DNA of 64,000 bases from Patescibacteria group bacterium (GTDB taxonomy: Bacteria; Patescibacteriota; Minisyncoccia; Moranbacterales; UBA2206). Position 1 is the first letter of the stretch; each line of letters opens with the position of its first letter. The stretch spans positions 10,592-74,591 of the forward strand of contig JAKLFF010000004.1 of assembly GCA_022711335.1 (NCBI GenBank), read 5' to 3'. Shown here one piece after another: positions 20,946 to 29,469 of this stretch. The position numbers and the translations under genes are program-made. The notes under the pieces are model-generated. The model had not been told where the DNA came from, did no database searches, and was given only the letters and a program-made list of their open reading frames with translations.

Positions 20946-21530
20946 ATGAATAAACAAGAACAACTTAAAAACCTTAACGACCGCATGATGAAATGCAGCC
21001 AATGTGCCCTGCGCAGCGGTTGCACCCAAGTCGTTCCCGGAGAGGGATCAGCAGACGCAGAAATCATGTTTATCGGCGAAGGGCCTGGGCAAAAAGAAGA
21101 CGAGCTGGGCCGGCCATTTGTCGGTGCGGCTGGAAAGTTTCTCGACGAAATGCTGGGGATTATTAACCTGAAGCGCGAAGAAGTTTACATTGCTAATATT
21201 GTCAAATGCCGCCCGCCCCAAAATCGCGATCCACTTCCTGAAGAAGCGGCTGCCTGCTGGCCATGGCTTCTTTCTCAAATAAAAATCATCCAACCAAAAC
21301 TCATCGTCACTCTCGGCCGCCATTCAATGGAAAGATTCTTGCCCAATCAAAAAATTTCCCAAATCCATGGCCGGGCAATGAAAAGAGAAGTAGACAAGAT
21401 AGGAAAACAAGTATTTTATACTCTTTATCACCCCGCCGCCGCGCTCTATAACGGTTCCATGCGCGAACTGCTAATTAAGGATTTCAAACGTATTCCGAAA
21501 GTGATTGAAAAAATAAAAGAAGCTATTTGA
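20946..21530 (+). CDS. udg: Uracil-DNA glycosylase, family 4
   Basis: GEGPGQKEDELGRPFVGAAGKFLD...NIVKCRPPQNRDP. Confidence 0.8.
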   Translation: MNKQEQLKNLNDRMMKCSQCALRSGCTQVVPGEGSADAEIMFIGEGPGQKEDELGRPFVGAAGKFLDEMLGIINLKREEVYIANIVKCRPPQNRDPLPEEAAACWPWLLSQIKIIQPKLIVTLGRHSMERFLPNQKISQIHGRAMKREVDKIGKQVFYTLYHPAAALYNGSMRELLIKDFKRIPKVIEKIKEAI

Positions 21531-21577
21531 ATTGACCCTGTTTTGTATTTTTGATAGTCTAAAATAAGTTAAAAACT

Positions 21578-21648
21578 GGTCCGGTGGCCGAGCAGTTAGG
21601 CAAGGGTCTGCAAAACCCTCTACAGCGGTGCAACTCCGCTCCGGACCT
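21578..21648 (+). tRNA. tRNA-Cys(GCA), atypical T-loop, CCA not encoded
   Basis: Acceptor stem GGTCCGG/CCGGACC; anticodon loop CUGCAAA; T-stem AGCGG/CCGCT with loop TGCAACT. Confidence 0.55.
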
Positions 21649-21662
21649 CAAAGATTTTGTAA

Positions 21663-21746
21663 GCCCAGGTGGTGGAATTGGTAGACACAAGGGACTTAAA
21701 ATCCCTCGATCGCAAGATCGTGCGAGTTCGAGTCTCGCCCCGGGCA
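21663..21746 (+). tRNA. tRNA-Leu(TAA)
   Basis: 84 nt; long variable arm; anticodon loop CUUAAAA; one A-C mismatch in the acceptor stem. Confidence 0.75.
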
Positions 21747-21754
21747 CAATACAA

Positions 21755-21785
21755 AAACCTCCTGATTACCCAGGAGGTTTTTGCT
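21755..21785 (+). terminator. Intrinsic terminator after the tRNA pair
   Basis: CCTCCTG...CAGGAGG hairpin followed by TTTTTG. Confidence 0.7.
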
Positions 21786-21794
21786 TTAGATGAT

Positions 21795-22376
21795 TTACAT
21801 AATCACTTCTGCTTCAAGATTTTTTCTTCCGAAAGAAAAGGCATCTTTTTTGGTTTCCATATAGATATCTATATGGTTACCCTTAATTGCTCCGCCTCGG
21901 TCTTCACAGATACGAGTTCCCATTCCTTCGATCTTGATTTTAGTACCGAAAGGAAACTGAGGAGGACAAGCAATAGTCACACCTTCCTTGACCTTGAGGC
22001 CGGAGGCGGTGATTCCATCGCTTTTTCCGCATTCATCAGCGGCGGCAGTATACGCAGAAGCATTGATTGTAAATTTACCTTGAGGATAACTAGCATTTTT
22101 TCGCTTTTCCTCATATTTGGCTAAAACTTTCTCTCTTTTGATTTCGTCTTCGGTTTTAACCGAAATATATCCTTCGAAGTTTTTGGGAGTGCTGGCAAGC
22201 AGCATGGTATTTTTGTCCCTAATAACTCCGTTTTCTAATATGAAATTGTCTTCTATTTTAAAGTTTATGTTTGTTTCATTAGAGCCCGCTTCGAAAGCTT
22301 CCACTGTCGAAGCAACTTGCGGTACTGTTACCATGCAAAGCATGGACAGCGCCACAGCACTTCTAATGATACGCAT
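21795..22376 (-). CDS. Secreted 3D-domain (MltA-like) protein
   Basis: Signal peptide; C-terminal ...GTRICEDRGGAIKGNHIDIYMET... 3D-domain signature. Confidence 0.6.
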   Translation of the reverse strand: MRIIRSAVALSMLCMVTVPQVASTVEAFEAGSNETNINFKIEDNFILENGVIRDKNTMLLASTPKNFEGYISVKTEDEIKREKVLAKYEEKRKNASYPQGKFTINASAYTAAADECGKSDGITASGLKVKEGVTIACPPQFPFGTKIKIEGMGTRICEDRGGAIKGNHIDIYMETKKDAFSFGRKNLEAEVIM

Positions 22377-22891
22377 TATTTAACTTTAAATGTTAGTCTC
22401 GCACGTTATTTCCTCAATCAAGCCGTATAAAATAGAGATTTCAGAACTTATTAAGGAAACAAAGTGCGAGGCCAGTATTAAAACCCCTTTCGGGGCTCGT
22501 CTACTGACTTGCCAGTATAGCAAATCCAGTCCAAAAAGTCAACTATACATACGTAATCTTGGCTTAAATAAGCCATCGTAAAATAGCCAATTGCCACTTA
22601 TTGCCTTAAATAAGCCGCAAAAACCAAAAAAATCCCTCAATGGGAATTTTGGCTTAAATAAAGGTAATAACAACAAAAAAACCACCCCCTATAACTTACG
22701 CTATTGAAACCATTCTTTCTTACGCTCTCTCTAGCGCCCATCGCTTACGCTAATGATCTCCTCTCTCTTCAGAAAACCATTAACGCCTTGCCATTTACCT
22801 TATTGACTCTCTCCCCAGAGGTGGTTGCCATTGCACATCTAGTACATTTTAGAACCAGCCTTCTTACATAAATTGATACATCTGTTTCTCT

Positions 22892-23089
22892 CTATAGGCC
22901 ATAAGCCGAGGTCATTGTTTTCAAAAACCAGGGAATGGCAACTACCAAGCCTAAAAGTGGCAAAATAAAAGCAACAATTGTCGCGATTAATGTCCACAAA
23001 AAATACTTTCTTGTCCTTTCTACTGAGCTATAAATTTCATCCAATTTTTTGCTCTGTTTTTTAAATTTTTCCAGAATTTCTTGTTCCAT
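22892..23089 (-). CDS. Possible small membrane protein (65 aa)
   Basis: Lone ORF with one long hydrophobic helix in an otherwise noncoding region; weak RBS. Confidence 0.25.
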   Translation of the reverse strand: MEQEILEKFKKQSKKLDEIYSSVERTRKYFLWTLIATIVAFILPLLGLVVAIPWFLKTMTSAYGL

Positions 23090-23198
23090 TATGTTGATTT
23101 ATTTTTTATGCTAACTTAACAATTTTGTAAAAATCTAACTATCTTTAATTATTTTTACGCTTTTATTCTACCACAAAGAGTTCCAGCTGTCTTTTTTG

Positions 23199-23228
23199 GC
23201 AACAAAAAACAAGGCTTTCCATAGCCTT
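23199..23228 (-). terminator. Intrinsic terminator downstream of the minus-strand tRNA cluster
   Basis: On the minus strand, AAGGCT-ATGGAA-AGCCTT hairpin then GTTTTTTGTT. Confidence 0.6.
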
Positions 23229-23233
23229 ATCTT

Positions 23234-23305
23234 GAGCGGGTAACGGGAGTCGAACCCGTATCTCTACCTTGGCAAGGTAATATAATAGCCGCTATACGAT
23301 ACCCG
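23234..23305 (-). tRNA. tRNA-Gly(GCC)
   Basis: Acceptor stem GCGGGTA/TACCCGC; anticodon loop UUGCCAA; T-arm GGGTTCGACTCCC; no CCA. Confidence 0.75.
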
Positions 23306-23385
23306 CCTACGCTACGCTCTGGCGGGCAAGCCCGCTTTTGCAAAGCTTAGATTTTCAATTTTTCATTCTTAAACTTCAACTTCTT

Positions 23386-23460
<75 letters not shown>

Positions 23461-23490
23461 CTCACTTTCATTATATATACGATAAAAACT

Positions 23491-23563
23491 GTGGGCAATA
23501 TAGGACTCGAACCTATAACCCCCTCGGTGTAAACGAGGTGCTCTAGCCATTGAGCTAATTGCC
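23491..23563 (-). tRNA. tRNA-Val(TAC)
   Basis: GGGCAATTAGCTCAATGG...; anticodon loop UUUACAC; no CCA. Confidence 0.8.
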
Positions 23564-23574
23564 CATTTTTCGCG

Positions 23575-23657
23575 GTGCCTTCGGCGGGACTCGAACCCGC
23601 ACGGCCTTGCGACCCATGCACCTCAAGCATGTGTGTATACCAATTCCACCACGAAGG
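23575..23657 (-). tRNA. tRNA-Leu(GAG)
   Basis: Long variable arm; anticodon loop UUGAGGU; no CCA. Confidence 0.75.
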
Positions 23658-23676
23658 CAAAACTATATCAGCGAGA

Positions 23677-24114
23677 TTATTTGTTCTTTTCCTCAGTCCT
23701 TGTTTCTTCCTTTTTTTCTTCAACTTCTTCTGCTGGTTTTTCCTCTTCTTTCTGAATATAATCCTTAATGTCCTTATATTTCATTCGGCTTTGCTTGGTA
23801 GTCAGATCCCGGACATAATAAAGCTTCGCCCTTCTAACTTTGGCTTTTTTGACCAGCGTTATTTTTTCGACATTTTTGGAAAGCAGCGGCAAAATCATCT
23901 CAACGCCGACGCCATGCGTCACTTTTCGAACGGTTATTTTCGGCGAAGAACTCTGGCGGGCGCTGACAGAAAGAACCAGTCCTTCAAAAATCTGAACCCG
24001 CTCTTTGCCGCCTTCTTTGATTTTCAGATGAACTTTCACCACGTCTCCAGATTGAAAATCCATTTTTTTCCCTTTTCTTTGCTCGCTATTAAACTCAATT
24101 ACTTTCTTTTCCAT
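23677..24114 (-). CDS. rplS: 50S ribosomal protein L19 with a K/E-rich C-terminal extension
   Basis: FQSGDVVKVHLKIKEGGKERVQIFEGLVLS... Confidence 0.85.
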   Translation of the reverse strand: MEKKVIEFNSEQRKGKKMDFQSGDVVKVHLKIKEGGKERVQIFEGLVLSVSARQSSSPKITVRKVTHGVGVEMILPLLSKNVEKITLVKKAKVRRAKLYYVRDLTTKQSRMKYKDIKDYIQKEEEKPAEEVEEKKEETRTEEKNK

Positions 24115-24291
24115 ATAATTATTATATCAATTAATTACAAAAAATAAAAATAAAGACTTTAAAAGCCTCTAAATTTAGCTCATTCATACTAACTTTTTAT
24201 CCTCTTTTCGTCAACCCCGTTAAATAGCAATTTATTAAAATCACTTCTCCTTAACAAATTCGAATTTTCTGATAAATTTTAACAATTAAAT

Positions 24292-25233
24292 TTAATTCTT
24301 ATTTAACAGGGTCAAGCAATCAATAATTTCAGAAAAATCTTCCGGAAGCTCCGCTGAAAAGCTATACTTCTTGCCGAATAAGCTAAGCTCTATGCTCCTT
24401 GCATGGAGCATTTGTCTTTTAGCAAATAATCCGTCCTTGCTATTCTTTAGCTTATATATTTTATCGCCTATTATAGGATGGCCGATAGATTTCATATGTA
24501 CTCGAATTTGATGCATTCGTCCCGTTTTCGGACTGGCTTCAATCAGAGAATATTTTTTATATTTTTTTATTACTCCATACTCGGTCAGAGCCAGCCTTAT
24601 TTTTGTCCTGGTTTTTCTTCCGGCAATTATCTGTTTTTTATAGTTGCTTGAACGCGCAATTGATTTTTCAATAGTTCCTTTGCTATTTTCCATTTTTCCA
24701 TAAACTATGGCCAGATATTTTTTTTCAACTTCCCTGTTTTTAAACTTTTTTTTAAGTTCCTCAAAAGTCTTTTGATTTCTGGCAACAATCATGACTCCGC
24801 TCGTATCCTTGTCTAGCCTATGGACAATCCCGGGACGAATTTCGGGTTCATCGCCAACAGATTTAATTCCAGGAAATTCATAAACCAACCAGTTAGCCAG
24901 GGTGTTAGTTTCACTTAATTTTGAAGGATGGACTGAAATCCCAGCTGGCTTATTGATAGCAATAATATTTTTATCCTGATATATGATTTCAAATTTTATA
25001 TTTTTATTGGGAACTAGCTTTCCTGATTCTTTTTCAAAATTAACTTCTATTTCATCGTTTTCTTTCAAAATATAGCTTGGTTTTATTTTTTTATTATTGG
25101 TTAAAACATTGCCATCTTTTATCTTCCTGGTTATCTCTCCACGGCTGATTTTTTCATTAAAAAAAACTTCCTCTTTGAGGAATTTATCAATTCTTTTTCC
25201 TGAACTATTTTTTTCTACAGTTATATTTTTCAT
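24292..25233 (-). CDS. RluA-family pseudouridine synthase with an N-terminal S4 domain (RluD-like)
   Basis: HRLDKDTSGVMIVARN; the true start is the ATG (MKNITVEK...) at 25231-25233; the longer track ORF runs into two tRNA genes. Confidence 0.8.
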   Translation of the reverse strand: MKNITVEKNSSGKRIDKFLKEEVFFNEKISRGEITRKIKDGNVLTNNKKIKPSYILKENDEIEVNFEKESGKLVPNKNIKFEIIYQDKNIIAINKPAGISVHPSKLSETNTLANWLVYEFPGIKSVGDEPEIRPGIVHRLDKDTSGVMIVARNQKTFEELKKKFKNREVEKKYLAIVYGKMENSKGTIEKSIARSSNYKKQIIAGRKTRTKIRLALTEYGVIKKYKKYSLIEASPKTGRMHQIRVHMKSIGHPIIGDKIYKLKNSKDGLFAKRQMLHARSIELSLFGKKYSFSAELPEDFSEIIDCLTLLNKN

Positions 25234-25235
25234 CG

Positions 25236-25319
25236 TGCCCAGAAGAGGACTCGAACCTCCAATCCCTTGCGGGAACCAGTTCCTAAGACTGGCGCGTATA
25301 CCAATTCCGCCATCTGGGC
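25236..25319 (-). tRNA. tRNA-Leu(TAG)
   Basis: 84 nt; long variable arm; anticodon loop CUUAGGA. Confidence 0.75.
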
Positions 25320-25331
25320 ATTTGCAAAGCG

Positions 25332-25415
25332 TGCCTTGAGCGAGACTCGAACTCGCAATCCCTTGCGGGAACATGCTCCTGAAGCATGCGCGTATACCAA
25401 TTCCGCCACCAAGGC
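25332..25415 (-). tRNA. tRNA-Leu(CAG)
   Basis: 84 nt; long variable arm; anticodon loop UUCAGGA. Confidence 0.75.
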
Positions 25416-25419
25416 AATG

Positions 25420-25674
25420 CTACATTTTTTCTTTTAGAATTTCCCTGATTTTTTTTCTTCCAGCACAGCTTTTGTAATATCTTTCCATATATCTAGCCTC
25501 TGCTAGCAAATTGTAATTTTCCTGATAAATTAATTCCATCGGCAATCTATTTTTTGTACTTTCTACCTTGCCTTTTTCATGTTGTGCGAGTCTTCTTTTT
25601 AAATCATCAGTAGAACCAATGTAAGTTTTTCCATCTTTTAAGCTTTTTAAAATATATAGATATCCTGTTATCAT
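25420..25674 (-). CDS. Small GIY-YIG (URI-domain, UPF0213/YhbQ-like) nuclease family protein
   Basis: YLYILKSLKDGKTYIGSTDDLKRRLAQHEKG... Confidence 0.7.
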   Translation of the reverse strand: MITGYLYILKSLKDGKTYIGSTDDLKRRLAQHEKGKVESTKNRLPMELIYQENYNLLAEARYMERYYKSCAGRKKIREILKEKM

Positions 25675-25745
25675 GGCTTTACTAATTCCGCCCGCCTCGC
25701 GTCGACGAGCGGTCGTCTCCGCAAGTCGAGGCGGGCCATCAAGGC
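25675..25745 (-). other. Duplicated 5' fragment of tRNA-Leu (acceptor and D-arm) split by a 44-nt GC-rich nested hairpin
   Basis: The minus strand reads GCCTTGATGGC[hairpin GCCCGCCTCG...CGAGGCGGGC]GGAATTAGTA; compare the start of tRNA-Leu(CAG), GCCTTGGTGGCGGAATTGGTA. Confidence 0.5.
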
Positions 25746-25755
25746 ATTTCTAAAA

Positions 25756-26049
25756 CTAATTCAAAAGCGCGTTTAGCCTTCTCACTTCCTCTTTCAGTAC
25801 TCCCTCGTTCTCATATTCTCCATGATGCCTTGTCCCTTCTCCATAAGTTTCCTTTTTTGCGTCATAATGGATGTTAATTATCATATCAGCTCCTTCCGTT
25901 TTCACATACATATGGAATCTGGGATATCCGGAAGCGGAAAACGGCCGCACAAAACTCATCTCATTCCCCTCGCTTCTCTGAAAGGAATATCCCAACCGAC
26001 GAAGCATGTTCACTGGATTTTCCTTAATATTTTTAACTTCTATTTTCAT
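25756..26049 (-). CDS. Hypothetical protein (97 aa)
   Basis: No motif recognised. Confidence 0.4.
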   Translation of the reverse strand: MKIEVKNIKENPVNMLRRLGYSFQRSEGNEMSFVRPFSASGYPRFHMYVKTEGADMIINIHYDAKKETYGEGTRHHGEYENEGVLKEEVRRLNALLN

Positions 26050-26066
26050 ACTAAGCTAATTTCTTA

Positions 26067-26118
26067 CCCTCCTCTCCCCTTGGGAGAGGATGTCCCGTTT
26101 AGCGGGACAGGAGAGGGG
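26067..26118. repeat. GC-rich nested-hairpin element (CCTCTCC...GGAGAGG family)
   Basis: CCTCTCCCC-TTG-GGAGAGG, GTCCCG-TTTAG-CGGGAC, GGAGAGGGG; about 60% GC in a roughly 35% GC genome. Confidence 0.5.
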
Positions 26119-26123
26119 AAAAA

Positions 26124-26990
26124 TTAATCATTTAGATTATTCTTATATAATCTCTTTGCAGTCTCGACTGTATTTTTCATCAGCATCGCCACCGTCATCG
26201 GCCCAACGCCTCCTGGAACCGGAGTGATCGCGCTGGCAATTTCTTTCACGTTTTCAAAGTCCGCGTCTCCAACTAATTTTCCATTCGATAATCTATTCAT
26301 CCCGACGTCCACAACCACAACTCCCTTTTTTATCATGTCTTTTTTAATCAGTCCAGCTTTGCCGACCGCAGTAACTAAAATATCCGCTCTTTTTGTAATT
26401 TCTCCTAAATTTTCTGTTTTTATATGAGCCACTATGACTGTCGCGTTCTCTTCGAGAAACATCATCGCCATCGGCTTTCCGACAATATTGCTCTTTCCCG
26501 CAACCACGCATTCCCTTCCTGAAATTTCGATATTATTTCTTTTTAATATTTCCATAATTCCTGCTGGAGTGCACGGTAATAATTTTCCAATACCGATAGA
26601 CAGTTTTCCAACATTTTCCGGGTGAAAACAATCCACGTCTTTCTTAGGATCAATTGATTCAATAATTTTTCCTTCATCAATATGTTTTGGGAGAGGCAGC
26701 TGCACCAGAATTCCATGAGTTTTTTCATCCGCATTTAGTTTTTGAATCAGTTTCAATAATTCTTCTTCCGTTGTACATTCCGGCATCTCAAAAACCTGGG
26801 AATTAATTTCCATTTCCTCGCAAGCTTTCTTTTTGTTATCTACATAAATCTTTGAAGCCGGATCATCGCCAACGAGTATTACAACCAAGCCCGGAGCTAT
26901 TCCGGTTTTTTTAAGCTGCGCTATTTCTATTTTCAGCTCTTCCTTGATTTCAGAGGCTAATTTTTTCCCGTCTAATATTTTTGCGCTCAT
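26124..26990 (-). CDS. folD: Bifunctional methylene-THF dehydrogenase/cyclohydrolase
   Basis: ...GLVVILVGDDPASKIYV..., ...HGILVQLPLP... Confidence 0.85.
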   Translation of the reverse strand: MSAKILDGKKLASEIKEELKIEIAQLKKTGIAPGLVVILVGDDPASKIYVDNKKKACEEMEINSQVFEMPECTTEEELLKLIQKLNADEKTHGILVQLPLPKHIDEGKIIESIDPKKDVDCFHPENVGKLSIGIGKLLPCTPAGIMEILKRNNIEISGRECVVAGKSNIVGKPMAMMFLEENATVIVAHIKTENLGEITKRADILVTAVGKAGLIKKDMIKKGVVVVDVGMNRLSNGKLVGDADFENVKEIASAITPVPGGVGPMTVAMLMKNTVETAKRLYKNNLND

Positions 26991-27041
26991 AATCCTATGC
27001 TAACTTTAATTCTATCTTTTGTCTAGAAAAAAACCTCATTC

Positions 27042-27116
27042 GTCCCGCTTCGCGGAACAACTTCTCCTTAGTAAAGGAGAAGGTTAAACTTTTCCCTCTC
27101 CTTGGCAAGGAGAGGG
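27042..27116. repeat. GC-rich multi-hairpin element (same family as 26067..26118)
   Basis: CCGC-TTC-GCGG; CTTCTCCTT-AGTAA-AGGAGAAG; CCCTCTCCTT-GGC-AAGGAGAGGG. Confidence 0.5.
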
Positions 27117-27135
27117 TAGGGTGAGGTTACAGCAT

Positions 27136-27164
27136 TTGACAGATTTCGATAGGCATGCTATATA
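27136..27164 (+). promoter_or_regulatory. Consensus sigma70-type promoter driving the GC-rich noncoding region
   Basis: TTGACA, 17-bp spacer, TATATA. Confidence 0.55.
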
Positions 27165-27169
27165 AAATA

Positions 27170-27702
27170 CACATTTAAAAAAGAGGCGACGGTGTCCGGC
27201 GGCGTTTCAGCGCCAAAGGAAGAATTGGAAAAACCCAATCGCAAGGAGAGGAGAAATGGGCGTTATTGTGTCTTGTTCCAAATGGAAAATTTATAATAAT
27301 ACAGTCACCGTCCCGGCCACCTGCAACCGCAACACCGGCTGAGCGACCCGTGGGCGCCCGCCAGACTGACGATGTCTGGCTAGTCAGCCCTGGGAAATGG
27401 CCGTAGTGTAACCGCCGTCCGCGCCCCCTCCGAGCAAGCCTCGGACCAGTCCACAAGGGACATTGGGCGCGGCCGGCACACACAGCATTTGCCCGCCATC
27501 GTCTGCGCGGGCAGAAAGGACAAATATGCGCCGCATACCCTTTTCAGGGTTGAGAACCAACGTCTCAGCGACGCAACCGGATGTCTGCAATCCAGACTCT
27601 AGTCCCGTGAATAGGCCCCGCTCCACGGAATTTACGCCACTGGAGCCGCCACGAATTTAGGACGTATTAGGGACGCAGTCTGATTGCAGACGTCACCCAG
27701 CA
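27170..27702 (+). ncRNA. Candidate structured noncoding RNA of unknown class (about 450-570 nt, about 60% GC)
   Basis: No ORF over 102 aa in any frame; many local hairpins; bracketed by a consensus promoter and a strong intrinsic terminator; GC content far above the flanking DNA. Confidence 0.45.
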
Positions 27703-27741
27703 GAGCCCAAGAGTTCTCAACTCTCGGGCTCATTTTTTTTA
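27703..27741 (+). terminator. Intrinsic terminator
   Basis: GAGCCCAAGAG...CTCTCGGGCTC hairpin followed by a T8 run. Confidence 0.75.
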
Positions 27742-27750
27742 TCAAAAAAC

Positions 27751-27780
27751 TTGCTAATTTGTAATAATTAGTGATATAAT
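27751..27780 (+). promoter_or_regulatory. Promoter of rarA
   Basis: TTGCTA, 18-bp spacer, TATAAT. Confidence 0.5.
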
Positions 27781-27796
27781 ATCACTATCTTTATGT

Positions 27797-27846
27797 CATT
27801 CCCGCGAAAGCCTGCCTGTCCGGTAGGCAGGCAGGAATCTAGTTAT
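27797..27846 (+). promoter_or_regulatory. Hairpin-A-like leader element (partial copy of the two-hairpin motif, with an inserted sub-hairpin)
   Basis: GTCATTCCCGCGAAAGC[CTGCCTGTCCGGTAGGCAGGCAG]GAATCTAG directly upstream of the rarA ATG. Confidence 0.4.
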
Positions 27847-29043
27847 ATGAATACTTCCCCTCTCGCCGATCGAATCCGCCCCCAGACTCTCAATGAATTC
27901 TTCGGCCAGAAAAAACTAATCAGCAAAAATTCCTATCTCCAAAACGCGATTGAAAATGACCGCGTACCTTCAATGATTTTTTGGGGTCCGCCCGGATCGG
28001 GAAAAACAACTCTTGCCCAAATTATCGCCAACCTTACGAAGTCCGACTTCATAAAACTTTCCGCGGTTTCATCCGGCAAAAAACAACTGGTAGAAATTGT
28101 TGAAAAAGCGAAAGAAAATATAAAAATTAAAAAGAAAACTATTCTTTTTATCGATGAAATTCATCGTTGGAACAAAGCTCAGCAGGACGCTCTTCTTCCC
28201 TACGTTGAAAACGGAACTATCATTCTCATCGGCGCCACCACTGAAAATCCCAGTTTTGAAGTCATTGGCGCTCTCATTTCTCGCGCTCGGGTTTTTGTTT
28301 TGGAAAAATTGGAAAAAGAAGATATTGAAAAAATCTTAAAGCGTGCAATTAGCATTGTAGGGAACGCACATGTGCGTTCCGAAAAAAAAATAAAAATCTC
28401 CGAAGACACTATTAGGTTGATTTCCAATCTTTCCAATGGCGATGCCCGCATGGCGCTAAACACCCTGGAAGCTTTGATCAACGCAAACAAAAATATAACT
28501 GAAAAACTCGTCAAAGAAATTCTCCAAAAAACCCATCTGCTTTATGATAAAACCGGCGAAGAGCATTATAATATTATTTCCGCCCTCCACAAATCCATGC
28601 GCGGAGGCGATGCCAATGCCGCTCTCTATTGGCTCGCTCGCATGATTGAAGGTGGCGAAGATCCGCTCTACATTGCCCGAAGGTTAGTTCGATTCGCTTC
28701 CGAAGACATTGGCCTTGCCAATAACACTGCCTTAATTTTAGCCAATGCTGTTTTTGATGCTTGTCACAAGCTGGGTTACCCAGAATGCAATGTCCATCTG
28801 GCTCAATGCGTCATTTATCTTTCTAAATCCAAAAAGGACGTAACCGCCTACCTGGCTTATGAAAAAGCCAAGAAAGATGTGACTGATTTTGGCAATCTTC
28901 CTATCCCCTTCCACATCAGGAACGCTCCGACAAAACTGATGAAAGAATTGGGATATGGAAAAAATTACAAATACACGCCTCTTGAAGACAGCTCAGATCA
29001 AACTTACCTTCCGAATAAACTGAAAAACAAAAAATACATATAA
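27847..29043 (+). CDS. rarA: Replication-associated recombination protein A (AAA+ ATPase)
   Basis: GPPGSGKTTLAQIIA Walker A and MgsA-type C-terminal domain; the track ORF start at 27793 is created by an ATG inside the repeat. Confidence 0.85.
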   Translation: MNTSPLADRIRPQTLNEFFGQKKLISKNSYLQNAIENDRVPSMIFWGPPGSGKTTLAQIIANLTKSDFIKLSAVSSGKKQLVEIVEKAKENIKIKKKTILFIDEIHRWNKAQQDALLPYVENGTIILIGATTENPSFEVIGALISRARVFVLEKLEKEDIEKILKRAISIVGNAHVRSEKKIKISEDTIRLISNLSNGDARMALNTLEALINANKNITEKLVKEILQKTHLLYDKTGEEHYNIISALHKSMRGGDANAALYWLARMIEGGEDPLYIARRLVRFASEDIGLANNTALILANAVFDACHKLGYPECNVHLAQCVIYLSKSKKDVTAYLAYEKAKKDVTDFGNLPIPFHIRNAPTKLMKELGYGKNYKYTPLEDSSDQTYLPNKLKNKKYI

Positions 29044-29090
29044 AAAAAGCCGATCCATTAGAATCGGCATTAAAAATCTTCTTTGGGAAG

Positions 29091-29393
29091 CTATTCGGCT
29101 GGGCGAAGAACATCTTCTTTGATTTTGTCAATCTTATTGAGGATATCTTTGACGCACTTAGGCACCTCCTTAAGCTCACAAGTGCCAATCTTGATATCAT
29201 CACTGATAGCTACCAGCTCTAACTTGGCGACAAAAATCTTTAAATATTTTGGACCGTCAATATCATCAATTAAGTCCTTGAGTCTTTTTTTCGCATCCTC
29301 AAGATAGATGTTATGAATGGAGTCAAGAACCCTGGAAATGCCGACATAAGCTGAAACAGATATCGCTTTGATTTCTTGGCGTTCTTGATCCAT
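29091..29393 (-). CDS. Hypothetical protein (100 aa)
   Basis: No motif recognised. Confidence 0.4.
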   Translation of the reverse strand: MDQERQEIKAISVSAYVGISRVLDSIHNIYLEDAKKRLKDLIDDIDGPKYLKIFVAKLELVAISDDIKIGTCELKEVPKCVKDILNKIDKIKEDVLRPAE

Positions 29394-29469
29394 CTCGCCT
29401 TCCTCCTTAAAAATGTCAATTAAAAAGAGCTTCTCCGCAACACATGAAACATCCTACTTTAATTTTTTA

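Noticed and set aside
24292-25374. Track ORF extending the pseudouridine synthase 47 codons upstream
   Set aside because: The extension runs through tRNA-Leu(TAG) and tRNA-Leu(CAG). The conserved protein starts at the ATG at 25231-25233.
27175-27660. Three overlapping ORFs (102, 80 and 65 aa) inside the GC-rich region
   Set aside because: Arg/Gly/Pro-rich nonsense translations of GC-rich DNA, with no RBS and mutually overlapping frames. The region is treated as noncoding RNA or DNA.
27793-27846. Upstream ATG start for rarA
   Set aside because: The ATG lies inside the repeated GTCATTCCCGCGAAAGC element. The conserved RarA N-terminus begins at 27847.
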